A stretch of 64,000 nucleotides of DNA. It comes from Octopus sinensis (Eukaryota). Where the stretch lies: contig NC_043008.1 in the NCBI RefSeq assembly GCF_006345805.1, positions 29,326,001-29,390,000 on the forward strand, given 5' to 3'. Each line of letters opens with the position of its first letter. Within the stretch, counting starts at the first letter, position 1. The position numbers and the translations under genes were made by a program. Below are positions 14,504 to 27,130 of the stretch, one piece after another. The notes beneath the pieces are model-generated. The model had not been told where the DNA came from. It was given only the letters and a program-made list of their open reading frames with translations, and ran no database searches.

Positions 14504-14735
14504 AATATGGCTAACCACAAAGGAGGGTGTTACTGTAGCTTTTTAGCCCCAGGAGATCATCGTCCCCAGCTGTCTTTAGACACACTTTCTGTGCCCTTAT
14601 GGTATTTGCAAAGGGAGGCCATCCCTTTCTCGTAAGCCTGAGTGATACGCACCGGACCGCGGTTTCGAGATTATTGTCTCTTATCAACGGGCGGTAATCA
14701 CCGGATCACGATGAAAGACAAGGCCTGTTTGCAAA
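14504..14735 (-). mobile_element. ~230-bp GC-richer non-coding element carrying a hammerhead ribozyme motif
   Basis: A sharp GC-richer island in AT-rich flanks, with no ORF, containing the motif at 14642-14701. That it is an interspersed repeat is inferred (single copy in this window), and the boundaries are approximate. Confidence 0.55.
14642..14701 (-). ncRNA. Putative type I hammerhead ribozyme, U3-A8 core variant
   Basis: Minus strand reads GUGAUUACCGCCCG-UUGAUAA-GAGA CAAUAA UCUC-GAAA-CCGCGG-UC^-CGGUGCGUAUCAC. It has a perfect 4-bp stem II closed by G10.1-C11.1, GAAA, a palindromic stem III (ACCGCGGU), a GUC cleavage triplet and a ~12-bp bulged stem I. Confidence 0.75.
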
Positions 14736-15129
14736 TATATAAGAGTTTTTCTAGTGACTTCTGCCACTGATTTCGAAAAACTGACTGCAAGCATTATTAA
14801 ATCTTGAGATGGTTATTAAACTTTACATTTTCGAGCGATTACTGTTTACATCTTGTTCTGAGATTTAATAAATTATTGAAATTGTTTTGTTAGAAAGTTA
14901 TATCTACAACACACAAATACTACCGACTTAATTCTATACCTATTTCGCATTAGTTCCTTCAAAAATATTTATATGTATAATCTCCGTAAGCTTTGTAAAA
15001 ACAACACCATTGCATTCCAATCCCTTCATCTTCAATAACATCTTGCACAGATTTGGTTTTTCGTGTATCATATGAATAATCGGACGTTGCGAGATTCATG
15101 TATTATTATACATATTATTGTAGATATAC

Positions 15130-15670
15130 GACAGAGTGAGTTATTTGAGAGAAAATCTGGATATACGAGGAATCATATGTAGCGTACAAGATAGAAGACT
15201 GCTCTGGTATGGCCATATAATGTGTATGAATGAAGGCAGTTGTATCAAAAGTTACCGAATTCTAATTTTAGAAGGAACATATGGAAGGGGTAGACCCAGG
15301 GAGAAGTGGGACAAAGTGGTGAGAAATGGTTTACAAACGTTAGGACTCACAGAGGGAATGACAAAGCACCGAGACTCTTGAGAGATGGCTGTGCTTGAGC
15401 AACACGTCAAGCTGAGTAAAAGCGCAGTTGTCCTTCAATACAGGTAACGCTTTCCAGCTGAGCATCCCTAATCTTGCAGGTTTATAAGTGCTGGTGCACT
15501 ATCAAAGCACTTAGTACACTCTGTAAAGTGGTTGGCATTATGGAGAGCATCCACCTGTACAGACCATGCCAAAACGGAGAGCCTGAACAGCTCTTAAGCT
15601 GGTCAGCTCCTGTCTAACCATCCGACTCATGCCAACACGGAAGACGGACGTTAAACGATGATGATGATGA
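15130..15670 (+). mobile_element. RTE-clade LINE 3' end with 3' UTR and (GAT)n tail
   Basis: ORF 15136-15381 reads ...SVQDRRLLWYGHIMCMNEGSCIK...LEGTYGRGRPREKWDKVVRNGLQTLGLTE..., the typical RRLxWyGHv.R...GRGRP..W RTE C-terminus. The element ends in acgttaaacgatgatgatgatga. Confidence 0.85.
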
Positions 15671-16892
15671 CACACAGACATACAAACACGTGTACATAGG
15701 TGTATTTACATCAAATATCATACATCATGTGCGATATGCAATATCAAAATTCGAAATATATAAACTTAATAACGTAGTGTAGTGGAATGGGTTTCTATAA
15801 TATTGGTCAACTGGGTTTCGTATCGGCGCTCATTCCAGTTTTCGTTATCTCTAGATATTTACAAAAAATTGTGATAAATATTGTTGTCAGTTTTCACTTT
15901 AGTTGATTTAGTTATTTATTCTAGACAATGTTGAATTATTTCCATTGAATAATGTCTGTAGTTGAATTTGCAAATGATGAAGAAGAAAATAAATTAAAAT
16001 ATTTTTAGTTAGTGGGATAAGAAAAGAATATGTGTAAATGATCGAGATTTATAGCTTCAAGTAAAATAGCTGCGGTGTAGAAGAAGAGAAATGTATGTGG
16101 AAAAGTAGCCAAAAAATGAAAGTCATTCGGCGCCTAAGTGTTAAAATGAAACACATAAACAATATTAATGAAATTGTTAGTCCATCTCTCAGCATGGGAA
16201 TATTCATTATGGTAAATTCTTATAAGCTGAAGAATTTGGGATACAAACTGCAAACTGCTGGGAAAATGTGTGATCTGTGCACACCTTATAATAAAGAATA
16301 TCCTCAAAATCCATACAACCAATAATTCTATTTAAACACCAGATGCGTATTGCTTGAGAAATGGAACACTTCAAAATATTCTATATGACATAACTAGGAA
16401 ATGAAAAACAAATTTACTCGACTAGAATGACATTAATACTTGAATTTTTGACGATGTCTCGACTCAGACATCTATTTTGCGCTTTCTCTTTCCACATTCT
16501 TATGTTCCCTGAATCTCAGGCCATATTTTTGCTTACAAAACTTTTCTTTCCTTTACGGTGCAGTTATAATTCCGAAATGTTCGTGGGTAGTTTAATTTCT
16601 ATTGTTTGATTTTCATCCAACATAGCATTTTTATTGTTGTTCAATTTAAAACGACAAACATCGTCTACCAAGCGCTCTACATTCGAAGACAGATCGATTT
16701 AAAACAATAGCTTCTAATCTATGGAACTGATCCCTATATTGGACGAAACTGAAAATTGTCAGTAATATTTTTACAAAATCAAGTGGAGATAAACAGAAAC
16801 TGAATGAGCACTCATCGCAAAATTTTTGGCATCCACACCATAATAATATAACATAAATACATACATGCATATATATATACATACACACACAC

Positions 16893-16949
<57 letters not shown>

Positions 16950-16979
16950 CATACATATGAGTGTGTGCGTGTGTGCTTA

Positions 16980-17018
<39 letters not shown>

Positions 17019-17074
17019 AATCTCTTATTAACAACGAATGTCGTTTCAATAAAATAGACCATCGATTATTTTCC

Positions 17075-17710
17075 ATGGACACGAATTTGTCTCTTGAGGC
17101 CTAATGGTACCTTACAAATCTTTTGACGAGTGGAACACGGTGAGGCCTCAGTTTGCTTGAGTGCTTTTCGATTATTTACAATGTGTTTCTTTGACTGGAT
17201 AGATAAGCCTGCTCTGCTTCGTTCTACAAGTCTATGGCAGGAAAAGTTTTCATTTAGCTGAGGAGTGTTTTGCCAGCGTGCCTTCATGCTTACAGTAAGT
17301 TGGTCCCCTTGTTGGAGTCGATTTTGTTCAAATTTTTGAACTGAGAGAAGCAAGACTGGTACATGGTCGTCCGTTCTGATGCTTTGTTTGCCCAGGAAGA
17401 ACAGGGTATGTTGCAGATTGTCTGTCAGTTTGTCTCTGAAGCGCAAGAGTGGCCTTCTAAATGGCCTTCCTGTTGGGAATTGGCCAAAAGGAACATGCTT
17501 CAGAATTATGATATCTCTTATACGTGAGTGATGAGCTGACCCTCTAAGCGATATTTTGATGAGGATGGCTTCAATACCTGAGATGTTGCATTTTGAAATT
17601 AACTCACTCTTCCGAATATGGTCGCTCAGTTTTACGTTGGAGACAGTGCTGAAGCATTGCATATGAAACGCATCATACTGATTGGTGTGCTTTCGGTAAA
17701 AATCCAATAT
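17075..17710 (-). mobile_element. Degenerate RTE-clade (BovB-like) LINE 3' fragment
   Basis: ORF 17066-17707 reads DAFHMQCFSTVSNVKLSDHIRKSELISKCNISGIEAILIK...KHVPFGQFPTGRPFRRPLLRFRDKL, with a decayed terminal C2H2-like motif ([22 protein letters not shown]). Confidence 0.8.
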
Positions 17711-17970
17711 TCAGCATAAAGCAATTTTGTCAAGACTACCGTTATATATACTTTAAGTTACACGTTCAATGATACGACATAGCTGATTCCTAGCCTGTGA
17801 TAAAGCTAGCGATCCCGATTTGGGACTAGATTCCTTTATCCATATTCGCATCATTGGGCACACTGGAATCAAGATAAGTGAAGGAAGAAACAGTTTTATT
17901 GCTCTCCTGAGAACATATACAGTAGGGGCAGCAGCGGCAACATGGTCGCGAATGAGCTAATGAAATATAT

Positions 17971-17972
17971 AT

Positions 17973-18035
<63 letters not shown>

Positions 18036-18061
18036 ACACACACACACACACACACCACACA

Positions 18062-18133
<72 letters not shown>

Positions 18134-18150
18134 GTATGTATGTATGTATA
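17971..18150 (+). repeat. (CA)n-(TA)n-(TATG)n compound microsatellite
   Basis: Directly visible. Confidence 0.95.
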
Positions 18151-19251
18151 TTTACCGAGGTCTGCACAATCGGTAAATCATTCAGCCGTGGCGACAGGGT
18201 ATAAATCACCCACTAAATTTGGAACATCACCGTGTGGGATTCACAACTGATGGGAGAAATTTATGGTTTTGAAGCATAAATGGTAAAATTAACGTAATCA
18301 CTCTGAGATTTGACAACGTCTGTTTTGTAACATAGCAATCTGTTGAAATTTGTAGCTAAATATGAACTGTATATTTTAAAGTTCTCAATTGCATTTGATA
18401 CAGATGTGATATTATCAATTTATAAATTAATAGAGCTCGTCAATAAAAATTAATGTAAAATGAAAGAAATATACAAAAAGGCTTACGGAAGCAAAAAGTG
18501 GACATTTTCAAATATCACTTAATTTGAGACTAATCTTTTCCTTTCAACAACATAACTTCCGCCTAATTGAAAACTGTTGGCTGGTGAATTTCGAGTGGTC
18601 AGGCTAGTGATGAAATGAGAGAGCTAAAAGTGACTGTAGTAATAACTATGAGGATGGTTTATGACACAAGCTTTCCTTTTTATTCGATGAACATCTTCGA
18701 ATAAATTGTGCATATATTGATTGTATGCTGTTAATTTATTAGTTTACGAGGAATGCGTGATTGAGAGTTGATACGAGGGAAAGCAAAATTATAAAAGATA
18801 GGTATGAGAATCCTGTATGTCTTAATGATTCACACTTTATTTTAAATTAAGGACACAAATTATAAACCTATTAATGTGTCATTTCTCTACCGTCTATTCT
18901 ACTTTGTTCACCGCATATCTAACTTATATATTATTTCGAATTTGTTCATCTAAGCAGCTTTCTGAAATATGTCATATTCACTTTATTATACAGTAGGATT
19001 TATATTTCATACTTAGAAATACAAAATATATGATAGCATTAGCTGAAAAAGAATTTTTGATATGCTGCTCTCAGTTCTGATTATTTGTATGTTGATATAT
19101 GTATTTATATTTCAGTTTGTGTACATGTTTACATGTATATGGAGCTCATGCTAACACAGATATGAACAAAGGTGTTCTAATACATACCTATACGATCAAA
19201 GTACACACACACGCGCGCGCACACACACACACGCACACACACACGCACACG

Positions 19252-19293
<42 letters not shown>

Positions 19294-20233
19294 CACGCAC
19301 ACAAACATATACATAGGAACATACACACATTTCCATAATCATACATACGTATTCATATGTGTGTTGCTTGTGCGAATGTGCTGACGTACCATTAACGCAT
19401 GATGTAAATAATATTGATTTCTTTGTTAGGAGTAAAAACGAGCATTTCTAGGAAACATTTTCTGTTGTTATATAATCTAATATGATTTAATTCAACATAT
19501 TTTTTTTTCTTCTAGTATACAGTGGTTGGATGTAACCTCGCTTTATATCGGGAAAAATACTGAAATATTCGATGATATATTGTGTGTAACTATATGTATA
19601 TATAATGGAGGGGGGATATGTATGTTAAAGAACAATTAAAAACAAAAGAAATACGTGATGTTTCACAAATTTATGCGAAGTGTTGTTTATATAATTCTTT
19701 CTTTAATCGGTGTTTTACATAATTTATAAGGACTATTTTTCATTGGATGCAGTTTTTAATATGATGTGTAATGCAAAATTCGTCCCCACATTGCTTAAAG
19801 GCAAAGGAAAAAATATATTTAAATGAAATCTAGAAAAAGGGAAAGTATGGAAGAAAAGGAATAATGACTTAAAATATAGGTCCTGGCGGTTGTTGTTGGA
19901 AATTCGAGCATAATATATCATGTCAACTATTAAAGTTAAAATCTCAGTACACTTTTAAGAAATGTGATGCTTATTGTACTAGTGAACCAACAGATATAAC
20001 ACTAGGACATAAAATAATTATGATATGCGCACACATTCTGACCTGGACCCTAAGCGGGAGGGTTTCATTCACAGAGAATGTACATGCAAATAACAACACA
20101 CACACACATATACATATACATATATTAAAATTAACCAAAGGACATACTAGGTATGTCAACCTGCTTAAAATATCAATCAAAACTCTTATTAAATTGCCAA
20201 AAATACACCGATGAAATACCCCTTCGTAAATTA

Positions 20234-20264
<31 letters not shown>

Positions 20265-20330
20265 ATATATATATCACGCACTTACAATACACACACACAC
20301 ACACACACACACATATTATATTATCTTTTA

Positions 20331-20515
20331 TCATTGAATTGTTTCAGTTGCAAGACAACGGCCACGCTTGACAACGAACACAACCTTGAAATTTGTAGTC
20401 GAAGGATTTGAACTAATACTTAATTTTAAGCGTGGTACTTTTTCTGTCGGTCTGTGTTCGCAAACAGCGAAATTGCTGGGATGCAAACACACCAACACTG
20501 GTTGACAAGCAAAAC
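20331..20515 (-). mobile_element. Old SINE family C 3' fragment
   Basis: Colinear, diverged similarity to 3400-3570 (ttgtttcagt...aaacacaccaacactggttgacaagc). Confidence 0.55.
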
Positions 20516-20592
20516 AACACACATGCATAATATATATATATATATGTAAATATATATATATATATGTATGTATTTATATATATATATATGCT

Positions 20593-20925
20593 GAGACCCC
20601 ACCTTCGTGTCATGACTGACCATGGGATTGCACCTATAAAGCTAGCCTCCCAGGCACATGTCCGAGCAAAGGTGTTTATGGAAGACCAGTTGTCACTCAT
20701 GCATACCAGCTTCCCCTCTCCACATCACTGATGTAATCCAAGAGAAAGGTAAAGGCCGATACTGCTTGGTACCTTTGACGTCGCCAGTCATTTCTACAGC
20801 TGAATGAACTGGAGCAACGTGAAATAAGGTGTCTTGCTCAAAAACACAACACGCAGCCGGTCCTGCATTCAAACTCACAATCTCAGGATCGTAAACTAGA
20901 CGCTCTAACCACTGAGCCATGCGCC
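20593..20925 (-). mobile_element. tRNA-derived SINE (family D) with a CORE-like central domain
   Basis: The minus strand starts GGCGCATGGCTCAGTGGTTAGAGCG (A box) ... GAGTTTGAATG (degenerate B box). It continues gtgtttttgagcaagacaccttatttcacgttgctccagttcattcagctgtagaaatg, which resembles the MIR/CORE motif (ttgggcaag.cactt...cagt...ctgtaaaatg). Confidence 0.75.
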
Positions 20926-20927
20926 TT

Positions 20928-20964
<37 letters not shown>

Positions 20965-21593
20965 GCGTGTGTGTGTATATGTGTGTGTGTGTGTTTGTAT
21001 GTGTATATATATGTATATATATATATACACCTGAACTTTCGGGAACTTCTGTTAAATAAACTTCCTAAGATTTTATTGTATCTATATTCATTCTAAAATG
21101 GGCGTGAGACCTATTTACAAAACATTATAAAGTTTATTCTTGTAGACGATTTGTTAGAAAATTTAAGATAATACAAAGCTTTATATTCCATATACTACAA
21201 AGAAACCATTATTAATTTCTTCCCAATGAGTACTAAATATATAGTTTTTAAAAAATAATCTAAGACTTTTGAGTCTACTATTTCACATATAATGAATCTA
21301 CAGTACTAAGTTTAGGAAATTAATGAACCTTGTACCTTTCTGTCGTAAATAATTCTAGCAAAAAAAGAAAAATATATAACCTTGTGCAAAAAACGGGACT
21401 GCAGTTGCAGAACACGGTTCGTGCCATTAATAACGTGCAATTCGAAATATTTCTTCTCAACATTTTTCACAATTATACATGTACAAACAGTGAATATGCA
21501 AACATGCATCACTAACAAAAATATGTGGATATGTATGAGCACTTAAGGATCTACACACGACACACACATATACATATATGTAGTTAGATTATT

Positions 21594-21631
<38 letters not shown>

Positions 21632-23895
21632 TTATTTATTTATAATAGGGTTTCAATCTTTCTAAGCTTCTGAACTCTACATGCTGATAATTATTTAAAT
21701 AAAAAATATAAATTTTTAACACCTATTCACATTTCCCTTATGCATTATATCACATGTCGTAATACCATATCATAATATATCACCCAACAATTGACAACAG
21801 ATATTTAATTTGATGTTAATAGTGAATAAATGTTCAGTCTCAAGTTTCTTGTTCTCATGGTTTAAACAGTATAATTGCATTGCTTATAGTATTTTTCAAA
21901 TTCCACACCCTCAAGCAACAACACATTAATGTATCGCAAACCTTGACATTCATTTAGATTACTTTCTCTTTAGGGTTTTCAGGGTTCTTATACTTTTAGG
22001 ATCTGCACAAGTCTGTTAAGAAAATGATATCATCTTCTAGTCTCAATGAACCCAATAGCAACAAGATATACAATAGAAATAGTCTGACAAGAGTAAATCG
22101 TGAAGTACTGCAGTAAAATCTTTTTATTTTTCTAATTGGTCAATTAAATGTGCAATGCCTTCTCGTCAGTAACGGCACAGAGACAGCAATCAGCTGAACT
22201 GTCTTGGTTGACAATGAAGGGAATTAATTAGAAATTCTGGTTTCAGTTAGTCAGTATTCTTGAGCTATAACGATGTTTCAGCAATGAAGTTAGGCTGTGT
22301 CTTGCGGCACGTGACGACTTGTTTATTGATGTCAGTCGTTAATTGAAATCTACTGTGAACTTACAATTACTGATGTATTTACTGCTACGCTACAAAATGA
22401 CAACAAAAAGACAAATTTCTTCTGTATCACAATAAACACAATTTAAACTAACCCTAAAATCAATAGTGTGTTATAGACGACATTTAATCTAACATAATTA
22501 AAGATCATGAACAGAACAAAAACAGCTGAAATATGAAGTTCCTACTACTAAATCAAATTTGTTAGACAATTTCAAAACAGTCTTCACTTTTGTTTTCAAA
22601 GTGATATTTGCTTTCAGTTCGAATGCAGATGGCAATCATTGCACAGTTTCCCTATTTTTCTCTAGTGGCAATATATATTCGAAAATGCGTTTCTTTTCCT
22701 GAGAAGAGTGACACGGCTATGGAATTTTTTCGCAAACTTTCGGGTTTTTAGTAAATTCTATTATATATTCGCGTATTCTACCATCTCCTAATTGCATTTC
22801 ACCAAGCAGAAACCTAGCATTGATTTAAAATCAAAATTAGGCACGAAACTTTTAACAATAAATCGAATTTAATATTTGATAGGGAATTGCGGTCCGTGTG
22901 TCCAAAACCGTATAAACATAATCCTGTAAATAAATTATGAGAGGGCGGAGTGAAATCATAGTGATAATCTTAACCGAAGAGTGCTGCATACAACGGATCG
23001 AGAAATTCCGAGCGGGCAGGCATGGTTATTTGTATATGAAAAGCAATATCAATGGAAATAGCCACTTTAAACAACTGGAAAGCTATGGCGAAAGGCAGTT
23101 TTTTGGGTTGTAGATTGCTTCACCTCGAGAGTAAACACGATTCTTAATTAAACCTACAAAACTACTAAATATGGAAGAAAAGCGTAAATACATATTAACA
23201 TGAACAGAAGGCTATTGGTTGATGGATGTGGCGTCATTGTTGCACCATCGGCTACAATAGACAAATTTCTGATCATAGAGTGGCGAAGTAGAGAAAAGAA
23301 GTTAGAGTAAGAAATAATATTTAATAATTCGGCATTAATAAGGGCACTAACAAAACAACAGAAACTGCAGCTGCTGCTGCTGCTGCTGATGATGATATTA
23401 TTACCGGCCCTACTCTTCTAACTCCCCTCCTCCTCCTCCACCCCATCTTCCTACAACTGGTACTACTACTACTATTACTACTACGAAGACGACGACGAAT
23501 ACTACGACTATTACTACGATAACTACAACTACTACTACTGATCTTGCTGCTGCTACTGTTACTTATAAAACTACTGCTGCTGCCATTACATCTACTACCA
23601 GAGCATTTAATTCAAGAGATACCAATAACATTGCAACATTATCCAGGAAAAATCATAAAATACAATAAATGCATTTTCCATTTCCTATTAAATATGCATA
23701 CACATTTAATCACATTAAGAATATCGCTGCTTTCAGCAAGCATCCGTTTCACTCTCTCTCTCTCTCTCTCTCTTCCTCCCTATGTTCCGCTGGGTTTCTT
23801 ACATACACACGTGCACACAAACATCCGAACATACACAACCACCCTCAAAATACCTCTCCATGTGTGTGCGTGTGTTTATTGACATACATAGATAC

Positions 23896-24013
23896 GCAGG
23901 AGCGGCTGTGTGGTAAGTAGCTTTACTTACAAACAACATGGTTCCGTGTTCAGTCCCACTGCATTTCACCTTGGCCAGTGGATTTGGTAGACGGAAACGG
24001 AAAGAAACCTGTC

Positions 24014-24014
<1 letters not shown>
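23896..24014 (+). mobile_element. SINE family C, internally deleted copy with tRNA-like head
   Basis: A-box-like tggctgtgtggtaag and B-box-like gttcagtccc, followed by the ggatttggtagacggaaac end and (TA)n. Confidence 0.7.
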
Positions 24015-24082
<68 letters not shown>

Positions 24083-24302
24083 TCCGTGCTGGAGATGCAG
24101 CACGGAATTTTGTCAGTGAAGCGGTCGCTGTCTTATAGCGAGGAAAATATTTTGGCAAATTAAATTTAAATGTTGAAGTGAATCTGACCGTTTTTGGGTT
24201 TTTATATGGTACATAAACACCTTCCACGCTGCAACAGATTTTGCTTCAGCACACATTCTCAGATCTGCTGACTTGCTATGCAAGTACATCTCCCTATATG
24301 TA

Positions 24303-24352
<50 letters not shown>

Positions 24353-25077
24353 TCTACATATGCAGAAGCAGCGTCTGTCAACTTTCAAGCCATAGACGAA
24401 TACATCTCCGATCTTTGCCGGACAAAGTGATAAACATTTCAGTATCTAGATGCAAATCGAAGTTCTTTAATTCCTAACAATCCCATGTTAAAGCCCACAC
24501 ACATGTATATATCTCTATTTTATATATTTTTGCAGTATAAATACACACACACACACAACACACACACGCACATACACCCACCCACAATCACGTGCTCACA
24601 CTACGTATAAATGCACCGAAAGAAAATGAGATAACGTACAGAAATAAATATTAATTTTGTAGGTATTATACAAAATGTCATAGTTTCATCATAGTCAAGA
24701 TAAATAGAAAATAAGTCATTTTGATCATATTCCAAAAACATATTTCCAACTGAAATATAAAAGTATATTAAACTTACTATTCCTTTAACAAAAGAAAACA
24801 GAGACGAGGAATTTTTCTATATTGCGATTTGAAATAGTTCTGTCTAATATTTAGTTATTTATAAATGTCTTTCTTTTACTTTTCGTCTAATTATTAAGCT
24901 GAAAAACAAATACAAAGAAATGCAATTCAATAATAGCTGATAGAAATGCTGAGTTAATGGAACCACCAGAGGTTTTAAATGAGTGGCAAAAAAAAGTACA
25001 TACACTAAACCTAAGGAATACATGAGCTTGCAGAGATCTATGAAAATGAAGTATTAACAGACACAAAGTTACACACA

Positions 25078-25870
<793 letters not shown>

Positions 25871-26906
25871 AGGCATATTGATTTTAGATGCACACATTTG
25901 TAATTTCCTCTGTTAGAAAAACAAATGTCTGGAAAATTGATTCATAGAGAGAGACGAATCAAAAAATACCACAAAAATACACAAAATGTATCTTCAAATC
26001 TGAAACATTTTTTTTATCATTTTCTCATTAATTATCGACGTTTAGTATTGATATTTACAGTAATGATAAAATGCAACATAGTCTGTCACATTTGCATAGA
26101 CCTATAACCATTTGTAAATATATATAAATGGAAACCGCTATGCCTTATTATGTATACTTACACGGACACACACTCACACAAATACACATACATAAATACA
26201 TATGTGTTTGTATGTGTGTATGTATATATATACAGATAAGTATTTATACATACGCACAAACACACACACACTGGCCCACACATACGTTTGTTTCTGATTC
26301 TTACTTTCATGCCTCCGAATATATATTTTATGTACGCCGTTATGTAAATATTCATTTTGAACGTAATTATTTTGACAAGACTAAAATCGTACGTACTGAT
26401 TGTAGGTTGTAATTTGAAAGTTAAATTACCGATATGAGCGAGTGTCATAAAAAGAAAATCAATAAGAATTTGAAATAAACACAAAATTATATTGTATGTA
26501 TTGCTAGTCCAATTACACAGCAAACAGCTGAAGTAGTGGAACTGGATGGGATAGACGTCTTTGCTCAATTTACATGCATATTAAATCATTTTTGTTTATA
26601 TTCTCTTAACACTGAAAATAACACTGGTCCTTGAAAGGGGATGACCTGCTAGATATAGTTTCCCCAAGTGCTTTATACTAGAGTCTTGATATGATAAAGA
26701 GATACTAAGATATTTAAAGGTTACTAGTTCAGGGTAAAAATATTTTTCGTTGAAAATAACACTAACACCATCACGGCCAACAAAAATATCCACAATTTCT
26801 TAGATATTTGACATTGTGGCATCTTTACAGTCGCTCATGCTACTGGGAATAGCTGCCAACAATTGGACTAGCAATACATATTACACACATCTGTTTTAAA
26901 ATATTC

Positions 26907-27130
26907 TTTTCTACTCTAGGAACAAGGCCCCAAATTTTTGGGGTGGGAGCCCAGTCGATTTAGATCGATCCCAGTACGCAACTGGAACGTAATTTATCGA
27001 TTGAGAAAGGATGAAAGGTAACGTCAACCTCGGCAGAATTTAAACTCAGAACATGAAGAATGTAAAGACAGACGAAACACCGCTGAGAATTTCGCCCGGC
27101 GTGCTAACGTTTCTACCAGCTCGCCGCCTT
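26907..27130 (-). mobile_element. SINE family B, near full length
   Basis: The minus strand begins aaggcggcgagctggtagaaacgttagcacgccgggcgaaat and ends ggccttgttcctagagtagaaaa, colinear with 37021-37272. Confidence 0.85.

Noticed and set aside
16790-16845. aaaCTGAATGAgcactcatcgcAAAAtttttgg, a possible decayed hammerhead
   Set aside because: It needs an insertion in the core and loss of the G of GAAA, and no convincing stems remain. It cannot be supported without a family consensus.
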